Source of the DNA: Flavobacteriaceae bacterium
Lineage (GTDB): Bacteria; Bacteroidota; Bacteroidia; Flavobacteriales; Flavobacteriaceae
Assembly (NCBI GenBank): GCA_947457105.1
Contig: CANGUP010000001.1
Span: 3,878-67,877, forward strand
Direction: 5' to 3'
Length of the DNA: 64,000 nucleotides
Below, piece by piece: positions 56,870-64,000 of the stretch (positions are counted from its first letter, which is position 1; each line of letters opens with the position of its first letter). A program made the position numbers and the translations under genes. Below the pieces are notes generated by a model, which made no database searches, was not told where the DNA came from, and saw only the letters and a program-made list of their open reading frames with translations.

Positions 56870-58462
56870 TTATAAAGTAATGATTTTGAATTCTTGTGAA
56901 AGAGGATTCAATTGTGTTAACAATTCTTCAATTAATTTGTTTCCAAATTCTAAGTAAAATTCTGAGAAATTAGCTTTTCGTTCTTGTAAACTTTGGTTTG
57001 GAAACAATTCGTTTTGTAGTGAAACAATTCTCTCAAGTTTTTCTGAATGAATTCTTTTTTCAGCTTTCAAAAGGCGTTTTTCAAGATTATCTAATCCTTT
57101 TAATTGTTTAATTTCTTGAGCTTTTACTGCTCCTATAAATGATTTGTCAGTTTGATTAGCAATGGTATATAAGTTCTCAAATTGCTTTTTCAAATGTTCT
57201 TTTTGATCAGAAAAATCAATTACAAATTCTGAAAACTCTTTAGTTTTTGAATCTAACAATACTCTTTGATTTGAAAATAAATCATTCCAAGATAGTTCTA
57301 ATTTATCTGCTTTTTCAGCTTGCTTTTTTGTTGCTAAAAGAACCGAATTTCTTAGCAACAGCATAGGAAAAGTGATGTTGTTTTCTTCAAAACTAGATTT
57401 TAATTCTAGCCAATAAGCTATTTCGCCACCACCACCTATATAGCATAAATTTGGCAAAACTACTTCTTGGTATAAAGGTCGTGTAATTACATTTGGACTA
57501 AACTTTTCAGGATGATTTTCTAATTCTTTTATAATTTCAATTTCAGAAAATTGAGTTGTGGTGTTGTTTACTTTGTAAATTCCGTTTTCAAAAATAATTC
57601 GTTCACGTAAATTATCTTCTATGTAAAATAAATTGATTTCACGCGGATTTACTTGTACGAAATAGTCTTTCAAAAGTTCGTTGGTTTCTTTAACTTTTTT
57701 AAATGATGTTTGTTCTAAAAGCTCTTTTTTAACATAAGGAATAAACATTTTTTTCAATGCTACAGAATCACCATCAATTATAACTAAACCTTCATTTTGG
57801 AATAGTTCGTTAGCCAAATATCGAGTAGCATCGGCTAAATTTGAATGTTTTAAATAAGTATTTTCAAATAGCTTTTTTAAAAAATTGGCATTATTTGAAG
57901 TTACAATTTCTTTAGAAAATAAATCGAAAACTTTATCTAAACCTTCTGTAAGCAATCTTCCAACAGGTCCAGTACTCTCACGACTCCATCTAAAAACTTT
58001 ACCTTGGTAATTGAAATAATTGATTTCATCAAAATCGTGATCTTCGGTAGCCATCCAATAAATGGGTACGAAATTATTTTCAGGATACTCTTTTTTTAAT
58101 TGTTTGCAAAGATTGATAGTAGAAACAATTTTATATAAAAAATACAATGGTCCAGTGAATAAATTCAGTTGATGGCCAGTTGTTATTGTGAAAGTTTTAG
58201 TATCGTTTAAAAGTTTAATGTTGTTTAATGTTGTTGTGGAAACTTCAAAATTTTGATACTGTCTTTCAAGTTCAGAGACTAAAATTTCTCTTTTGCCATT
58301 GCGATTGAAGTTGCTACTTTTTTCTTCTATCTGACTTTTGAAATTCTCAATTTTCGGAAAATGATTGAAAAACGGCTTTAAATCTGACTTTTCATCTAAA
58401 TAATCTATCATTAATTTAGTGAAATATCCTGAATTTTGGTACGTTATGCAATCGCTAGGCAT
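56870..58462 (-). CDS. bshC: bacillithiol biosynthesis cysteine-adding enzyme BshC
   Basis: 530 aa from MPSDCITYQNSGYFTKLMIDYL, which is the family N-terminus as recalled. The track ORF carries 14 extra upstream codons. Confidence 0.8.
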   Translation of the reverse strand: MPSDCITYQNSGYFTKLMIDYLDEKSDLKPFFNHFPKIENFKSQIEEKSSNFNRNGKREILVSELERQYQNFEVSTTTLNNIKLLNDTKTFTITTGHQLNLFTGPLYFLYKIVSTINLCKQLKKEYPENNFVPIYWMATEDHDFDEINYFNYQGKVFRWSRESTGPVGRLLTEGLDKVFDLFSKEIVTSNNANFLKKLFENTYLKHSNLADATRYLANELFQNEGLVIIDGDSVALKKMFIPYVKKELLEQTSFKKVKETNELLKDYFVQVNPREINLFYIEDNLRERIIFENGIYKVNNTTTQFSEIEIIKELENHPEKFSPNVITRPLYQEVVLPNLCYIGGGGEIAYWLELKSSFEENNITFPMLLLRNSVLLATKKQAEKADKLELSWNDLFSNQRVLLDSKTKEFSEFVIDFSDQKEHLKKQFENLYTIANQTDKSFIGAVKAQEIKQLKGLDNLEKRLLKAEKRIHSEKLERIVSLQNELFPNQSLQERKANFSEFYLEFGNKLIEELLTQLNPLSQEFKIITL

Positions 58463-58576
58463 AGTTGATTTTTTTTTGTAAAAATACTTAAAAATCAAGT
58501 TCAAAATACATTTTTAAATTCACAAAAAATAGTTAAAACCTTAATTATTAATTTTACTTTTGCGAAAATATTTTCA

Positions 58577-60793
58577 TTGAAAGACCTTCTTCTCATAACG
58601 CCACCTTTTACTCAACTGAATACACCTTATCCAGCAACGGCATATATTAAAGGTTTTCTAAATACTAAAGGAATTTCTTCTTTCCAAATGGATTTGGGAA
58701 TTGAAGTTATTTTAGAACTTTTTTCTAAAGAAGGTTTGACAGCAATGTTTTCAAACTACAAACTACAAACTACAAACTACAACCTAGAAAGAATTTATTC
58801 GCTCGAAGAAGATTACATCAAAACCATCGATGCTGTAATTGCATTTCTTCAAGGGAAAAATCCTTCTTTAGCACGTCAAATTTGTAGTGGAAATTTCCTT
58901 CCAGAAGCTTCTCGATTTTCTCAATTAGACGATATGGAATGGGCTTTTGGAACTATGGGAATGCAAGACAAAGCCAAACATTTAGCCACATTATATTTAG
59001 AGGATTTATCCGATTTTATTGTAGAATGTGTCGATGAAAATTTTGGTTTCAGTCGCTATGCCGAACGTTTGGGCAGAAGCGCTAATTCGTTTGATGAATT
59101 ACATAATCATCTTCAAAGTGAACCAACTTACATTGATAAAATTACGCTCAAAATTCTAAAGGATAGAGTAGCAGAAGTACAACCAAAACTAGTTTGCTTT
59201 TCAGTTCCTTTTCCAGGAAATTTATACAGTGCTTTTAGATGTGCACAATTTATTAAAAACCATTTTCCAAAGATTAAAATCGCAATGGGCGGCGGTTTTC
59301 CGAACACAGAACTCCGTGAACTAAAAGATAATCGCGTTTTTGAGTTCTTCGATTTTATTACTTTAGATGATGGCGAACTTCCAATTGAGTTACTTCATCA
59401 GTATGTTATCAATAACTTTGAAAATCTCTTTGAAATCTCTGTGAATATCAGTGAAACAAATGAATTCAAACGAACTTTTCTTCTTCAAAACAAAGAAGTA
59501 ACTTACCTTAATAATTCTACAAAACCCGATTATAAACAAAGCGAAGTTGGAACTCCAGATTATTCTGATTTACAACTTCAAAATTATATTTCGGTTATAG
59601 AAATTGCCAATCCAATGCACAGTTTGTGGAGCGATGGTCGTTGGAATAAACTCACCATGGCACATGGATGTTATTGGGGAAAATGTACGTTTTGTGATAT
59701 TTCGCTAGACTACATTAAATTATACGAGCCAATCGCTGCTAAAATTTTAGTAGATAGAATGGAGGAATTAATTGCTCAAACTGGCGAAAACGGATTTCAT
59801 TTTGTAGATGAAGCTGCGCCACCAGCATTGATGCGTGAAGTTGCTTTAGAAATTATCAAAAGAAGATTAGTGGTTTCTTGGTGGACCAATATTCGATTTG
59901 AGAAAAGTTTTTCTGCCGATTTGTGTGTTTTACTTAAAGCATCTGGTTGTATTGCGGTTTCTGGCGGTTTGGAAGTAGCTTCGGATAGACTTTTAGAACT
60001 AATTAAAAAAGGAGTAACGGTTGAACAAGTTGCACAAGTAACTAGAAATTTCACAGAATCTGGAATTATGGTTCATGCTTATTTAATGTATGGTTATCCA
60101 ACGCAAACGGTTCAAGAAACTATTGATAGCTTGGAGATGGTGCGACAATTGTTTGAACTTGGTGTTTTACAAAGTGGTTTTTGGCATCAATTTGCAATGA
60201 CGGCACATTCGCCAGTTGGAATGTTTCCTGAGGAATTTGGTGTAATTCCTGAACAAAACGAAATCACTTTTGCTAATAATGATATCAACTTTAAAGACAA
60301 AACTGGAATCAATCACGACAAATTTAGTTTTGGATTAAAGAAATCGTTATTTAACTATATGCACGGAATTTGCTTCGAATATGACCTTCAAGATTGGTTT
60401 GATTTTAAAATTCCAAATACAAAAATCCCTCCCGATTATATTGTTTCTTGTCTTGAAAAAGAAACGGATTTCAACATTAAATCTTCAGCAAAAATTGTTT
60501 GGATAGGAGGAAAGCCAACTTCAGAAACTTTTACAAAATCTAAAAAAGGAAACTCGTGGGAAATGACCAAATTGACTTTTCATGACAAAACCGAAACGTA
60601 TGATATTTCTATAGAAAAAGATAAGGCAGATTGGTTGGTCATTACTTTAGAAAAAATCTCAGTTTATGGTGAATCTAAGTCTACATTCACTCAATTAAAA
60701 TCAGATTTCGAAATACATTTTGAAGATTTTGAATTGTTTTGGTATTCCAAACCTATAGTTACTTTGAGAGGTTTTGGACTTTTGGTTTTATAA
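58577..60793 (+). CDS. B12-binding-domain radical SAM protein (large, uncharacterised subfamily)
   Basis: 738 aa. TTG start. N-terminal Rossmann-like region (LLITPPF, KIAMGGGFPN). Cluster motif CYWGKCTFC at codons 365-373 (nt 59669-59695). C-terminal extension of about 180 aa. Confidence 0.85.
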   Translation: MKDLLLITPPFTQLNTPYPATAYIKGFLNTKGISSFQMDLGIEVILELFSKEGLTAMFSNYKLQTTNYNLERIYSLEEDYIKTIDAVIAFLQGKNPSLARQICSGNFLPEASRFSQLDDMEWAFGTMGMQDKAKHLATLYLEDLSDFIVECVDENFGFSRYAERLGRSANSFDELHNHLQSEPTYIDKITLKILKDRVAEVQPKLVCFSVPFPGNLYSAFRCAQFIKNHFPKIKIAMGGGFPNTELRELKDNRVFEFFDFITLDDGELPIELLHQYVINNFENLFEISVNISETNEFKRTFLLQNKEVTYLNNSTKPDYKQSEVGTPDYSDLQLQNYISVIEIANPMHSLWSDGRWNKLTMAHGCYWGKCTFCDISLDYIKLYEPIAAKILVDRMEELIAQTGENGFHFVDEAAPPALMREVALEIIKRRLVVSWWTNIRFEKSFSADLCVLLKASGCIAVSGGLEVASDRLLELIKKGVTVEQVAQVTRNFTESGIMVHAYLMYGYPTQTVQETIDSLEMVRQLFELGVLQSGFWHQFAMTAHSPVGMFPEEFGVIPEQNEITFANNDINFKDKTGINHDKFSFGLKKSLFNYMHGICFEYDLQDWFDFKIPNTKIPPDYIVSCLEKETDFNIKSSAKIVWIGGKPTSETFTKSKKGNSWEMTKLTFHDKTETYDISIEKDKADWLVITLEKISVYGESKSTFTQLKSDFEIHFEDFELFWYSKPIVTLRGFGLLVL
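58753..58787. repeat. heptamer array AAACTAC x4 (+AACCTAG) embedded in the radical SAM CDS
   Basis: Perfect units at 58753, 58760, 58767 and 58774. They encode SNYKLQTTNYNLE. Confidence 0.7.
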
Positions 60794-61000
60794 AAACACA
60801 CACACACAATCATTTTTTAATTATTTCTTTTTGATATTTTTTTGTTTTAACAAATAGTTATTACAATTAAATACAAATTCTAATTCATATCATATATATA
60901 ATCTTCAAGAGTTGAAAAATTCTATTTCACAAACATTTATTTACACTCAAACAATGATATATATGATAAAATTAATAAATTTGTATAAAAATAAGATAAA

Positions 61001-61513
61001 TTGCGAAAGATTCTGTTAATTTTTTTATTGTCAATAAATGTCATTTTTGGACAAGAAACAAACTGTTTTGATGTAGCTAGAAAAGGCAGTTTATCTGATA
61101 TTAAATCACTTTTTGAAAAAGATAAAAGCATTGTTAACGCCATTGATGATAAAGGTTCAAGTATGCTAATATTAGCTTGTTATAGAGGTAATGACGAAGT
61201 GGCGAACTTTTTAATTGACAACAAAGCTGAGTTAAATTATGTTTCAAAAAATGGAACGGCTTTAATGGCTTGCGTTGTAAAAGGTGAATTTGAATTGGTA
61301 GATAAATTGCTTCTCAATGGAGCAAATATAGATTTAAAAGATCAAAACGGAATGACAGCATTGATGTTGGCAGTTCAATTTAATAATCCAGAAATGGTTA
61401 AAAAATTAGTAGAAGAAAAGGCTAATAAAGAATTAAAATGCAATCAAAATAAAACGGCTTTTGAATATGCCGTAGAATTTAATTACGAAAAAATTATAAA
61501 CTTGCTAAAATAA
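61001..61513 (+). CDS. secreted ankyrin-repeat protein
   Basis: 170 aa. TTG start. Signal peptide and three or four ANK repeats (GSSMLILACYRGNDEVANFLI, NGTALMACVVKGEFELVDKLL, NGMTALMLAVQFNNPEMVKKLV). Confidence 0.8.
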   Translation: MRKILLIFLLSINVIFGQETNCFDVARKGSLSDIKSLFEKDKSIVNAIDDKGSSMLILACYRGNDEVANFLIDNKAELNYVSKNGTALMACVVKGEFELVDKLLLNGANIDLKDQNGMTALMLAVQFNNPEMVKKLVEEKANKELKCNQNKTAFEYAVEFNYEKIINLLK

Positions 61514-61519
61514 ATTACT

Positions 61520-62287
61520 ATGAAAAAAATTACTATTTTATTATTTGCTCTTGCATTTGGTGTCAAGGGATATTCACAATCAAAAGCAACACCAATTATC
61601 AATTTAACTTCAAACATGACTGCTCAATTTACATTAAACAGCTCAACTTCTAAGGTTACTTTGGTTTTAACAGGCCCATCAGATAGATGGTTCGCTCTTG
61701 GTTTAGGTGTTTCACAAGGATTTTTCATGTCTTCAGGTGATGTAGTTGTTTACACTACTTCATTAAATGATAGAAATTTCGTTGGTACCCAAACACCAGA
61801 TGTTGATGCTAGTCAAGATTGGACTACAGTTTCTAATACTGTTATATCTGGTGTGAGAACTTTAACGTTAGAAAGAAATTTAACTAATTCTGATACTAGC
61901 GATTTTCAGTTACCTTATGCTTCAACTAATTCTATCAGTGTAGCATGGGCAAGATCAAGTAGTGCTTCTACTAGTTTAGCTAATCATGGTAATACAAATA
62001 GAGGATTTGCAACAGGTTCATTTACAATTCTAGGAACTGAAGATTTTTCTTTAAATGCTACTTCAATTTTTCCAAATCCTTCTTCTGGAGAATTTTCTAT
62101 TAAAACTAAAACCAATCTGTCTAAAGTTAACGTATATAGTCAAACAGGAGCTTTAGTTAAAACAATTGAAGTTACAGATGAATCTAACGAAGTTGAACTA
62201 AAAGTTAGCGGACTTCAATCTGGAGTTTACTTTTTAGAATTACAAAATGATTCTGAAAAATCTTGGAAAAAGGTTATTGTTAACTAA
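61520..62287 (+). CDS. DOMON-like domain protein with a T9SS type A C-terminal sorting domain
   Basis: 255 aa, signal peptide. DOMON/DoH-like core (RWFALGLG...MSSGDVVVY...QDWT...RTLTLERNL...WARS...HG). The C-terminal domain is FPNPSSGEFSIKT...SGVYFLELQN. Confidence 0.75.
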   Translation: MKKITILLFALAFGVKGYSQSKATPIINLTSNMTAQFTLNSSTSKVTLVLTGPSDRWFALGLGVSQGFFMSSGDVVVYTTSLNDRNFVGTQTPDVDASQDWTTVSNTVISGVRTLTLERNLTNSDTSDFQLPYASTNSISVAWARSSSASTSLANHGNTNRGFATGSFTILGTEDFSLNATSIFPNPSSGEFSIKTKTNLSKVNVYSQTGALVKTIEVTDESNEVELKVSGLQSGVYFLELQNDSEKSWKKVIVN

Positions 62288-62309
62288 TACAAGTAGAATC
62301 TATTAATAT

Positions 62310-62346
62310 TAGAGTTTGCTTAATTGTGAACTCTATTTTTTTTTTT
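62310..62346 (+). terminator. Rho-independent terminator after the DOMON gene
   Basis: TAGAGTT (62310-62316) pairs with AACTCTA (62329-62335), followed by T11. Confidence 0.7.
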
Positions 62347-62350
62347 AAGC

Positions 62351-62737
62351 ATGAGTAAAAAAGTAAAGTTATTAATTGGGCTAATTTTGATTGTAGCTTT
62401 AGGTTATTTTGGATACAATTATATAATGACTGGTGGAGCTAGAGATATTCAAACTGAAAAATCAGAATTCACTACATCAGCAACTGATGTTTTTAGTGAG
62501 TTTTCAGATAATTCAGAAACGGCAACTGTCAAGTATATAAACAAAACAGTTGAAATTTCAGGAAAAGTAACCAATGTTGGTGAAAATGTAATCACTTTAG
62601 ATGAGAAGGTTTCTTGTCAATTAAAAGTTGCTGAAAAAGTGGCTATTGGAAGTCAAGTTAACATTAAAGGACGAGTAACTGGTTATGACGACCTTTTAGA
62701 AGAATTAAAATTAGATCAATGTTTAATCGTAAAATAA
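62351..62737 (+). CDS. membrane-anchored OB-fold (tRNA_anti-like) protein
   Basis: 128 aa. N-terminal TM anchor. KYINKTVEISGKVTNVGENVITLDEKVSCQL is typical of the family as recalled. Confidence 0.7.
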   Translation: MSKKVKLLIGLILIVALGYFGYNYIMTGGARDIQTEKSEFTTSATDVFSEFSDNSETATVKYINKTVEISGKVTNVGENVITLDEKVSCQLKVAEKVAIGSQVNIKGRVTGYDDLLEELKLDQCLIVK

Positions 62738-62748
62738 GAACAAGAAAA

Positions 62749-63612
62749 ATGAAATTATCTAAAATTGCTTTTTCAGTATTTTTTCTATTTGTATTCGGAT
62801 TTTCCAGTGCACAAGATGATTTATTGAATGAATTAGATTCTGAGAATAAAGGAAAAAAAGAGATTGAAATTGCAGCATTCAAAGGTTTACAAGTATGTAC
62901 AATGCAATCGACTAAACTTGCTGCAAAAGGCGAGTGGTATTTTTTAGTAGCACATAGATTTGGCGATTTAACTGATGGTTTAGACAACTTTTTTGGTTTA
63001 GACAATGCCTTAACTAAAATTGGAGGTTTGTATGGAGCGACAGATTGGCTAACTCTCGGTTTTTCTCGTCATACATTAAATAAAAACTATGAGTTTACTG
63101 CAAAATATAAATTTGCAAACCAAGAAGTTAATGGTTTTCCAGTGACTATTGTTGGTTACAATACCATGGACATCAATTCTAAATTAAGTAAAGATGAATT
63201 TCCAGAATTAAAATCGTCAAGCAGATTTGCTTTTAGTACGCAATTACCTATATCAAGAAAGTTTTCAAATAGTTTTTCGATGGAACTAAATCCGATTTAC
63301 ATTCACAAAAACTTATATGAGCCATTATTTGAAGAAAAACATAATTTTCTTATAGCACTTGGTGGAAGATATAAATTGTCTAAAAGAATTAGTATGAATA
63401 TGGAATATGCAGCTCGATTGAATGCAAGAGAAACAAGTTTTTACCATAATCCTCTATCAATTGGTATGGATATTGAAACAGGCGGACATGTATTCCAATT
63501 GGTTTTCTCTAACAGTCAAGCTATGAATGATGTTAGTTATTTTACCAATGCTAATGGAATTACAGAAGGAAAAGGAATTTATTTTGGGTTTAACATGTAT
63601 AGAGTATTTTAA
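62749..63612 (+). CDS. DUF5777 family beta-barrel protein
   Basis: 287 aa from MKLSKIAFSVFFLFVFGFSSAQ. Ends with an aromatic residue (YRVF). Family recalled from GEWYFLVAHRFGDL...GGHVFQLVFSNS. Confidence 0.75.
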   Translation: MKLSKIAFSVFFLFVFGFSSAQDDLLNELDSENKGKKEIEIAAFKGLQVCTMQSTKLAAKGEWYFLVAHRFGDLTDGLDNFFGLDNALTKIGGLYGATDWLTLGFSRHTLNKNYEFTAKYKFANQEVNGFPVTIVGYNTMDINSKLSKDEFPELKSSSRFAFSTQLPISRKFSNSFSMELNPIYIHKNLYEPLFEEKHNFLIALGGRYKLSKRISMNMEYAARLNARETSFYHNPLSIGMDIETGGHVFQLVFSNSQAMNDVSYFTNANGITEGKGIYFGFNMYRVF

Positions 63613-63615
63613 ATT

Positions 63616-63963
63616 ATGAGAGCATTAAAAATTATAATAGTATTGATGATTGCCTGTTTTATTGGGTTTTCATGTGAGTCACAAACCTATTCAGAAATTT
63701 CTGGAGAGGTTGCTAATCCAACTTACAAAGACAATGTAAAATCCATTATTGTAAACAATTGTTTGTCATGTCATAGCGTTGCAGGAGGTGAATTACCAAC
63801 AATGGAAACCTATGCACAAGTAAGAGATGCAGCAGAAAACGGAAACATGATTTGCAGAATTGACGACCAATCTTGTGGTGCAGTAATGCCACAATCAGGA
63901 AGAATGCCTCAAACAAGAATAAATACAATCAAAAAATGGGCAGCTAACGGATATCCTAATTAA
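63616..63963 (+). CDS. small c-type heme-binding lipoprotein (CXXCH)
   Basis: 115 aa. Lipobox GFSCES and heme motif CLSCHS. Confidence 0.7.
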   Translation: MRALKIIIVLMIACFIGFSCESQTYSEISGEVANPTYKDNVKSIIVNNCLSCHSVAGGELPTMETYAQVRDAAENGNMICRIDDQSCGAVMPQSGRMPQTRINTIKKWAANGYPN

Positions 63964-63974
63964 AAAAAATCGTT

Positions 63975-64000
63975 ATGAAAAAGATAGTATTATTTATTGG
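63975..64000 (+). CDS. start of a further ORF (MKKIVLFI..., truncated by the window end)
   Basis: ATG at 63975 followed by a signal-peptide-like start. Too short to classify. Confidence 0.3.

Noticed and set aside
3953-58787. CRISPR array, considered because of the many short tandem repeats.
   Set aside because: The repeat units are 6-8 nt and directly adjacent, with no 25-40-nt spacers. No cas genes are present. They are micro-tandem arrays, not CRISPR.
60796-60808. (AC)6 dinucleotide microsatellite just after the radical SAM stop codon.
   Set aside because: It is short, lies outside the coding sequence and recognisable promoter elements, and is a single occurrence. It might be polymorphic, but I see no functional implication.

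Overview
This is a 64-kb AT-rich chromosomal segment. Gene content, synteny and signals match a Flavobacteriaceae (Flavobacterium-like, Bacteroidota) core genome: a T9SS sorting domain, TTG/TAnnTTTG promoters, no Shine-Dalgarno sequences, and DUF5683, DUF3276, DUF4295 and DUF5777 genes. I call about 63 densely packed protein-coding genes. They include ribH (partial), mutL, two rhomboids, lepB, dapB, parAB, the methylmalonyl-CoA mutase mutAB pair, udk, folE, nusB, yajC, pepT, secA, a PduO-type adenosyltransferase, an ABC-F protein, a 2-oxoacid dehydrogenase E2, cinA, rpmB-rpmG-DUF4295, ftsY, ndk and bshC. I found no rRNA, tRNA, CRISPR array, transposase, integrase or recognisable defence/toxin system, so most of the window is ordinary housekeeping DNA.

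The items worth a second look are mostly at nucleotide level:
- An 829-bp gene-free gap holds a decayed lipoprotein pseudogene and a 228-nt A-rich unit closed by a 15-bp GC-rich inverted repeat (candidate sRNA or MITE).
- A degenerate intergenic element occurs three times, always in the same orientation relative to transcription.
- Many 7-8-nt tandem 'word' arrays sit at gene boundaries. Several are arranged as inverted arrays that form long hairpins, and two are embedded in frame inside CDSs.
- An A14 tract lies inside a small membrane ORF.
- A perfect 14-bp hairpin covers a start codon.
- A large B12-binding radical-SAM protein has a CX4CX2C cluster motif and lies divergent from bshC.
- A VIT-vWA-DUF2135 protein has an embedded SusC-type N-terminal module.
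- A secreted ankyrin / DOMON-T9SS / OB-fold / DUF5777 barrel / CXXCH cluster is present at the right end.

All family assignments come from motif recognition by eye. No database search, HMM or folding program was run.
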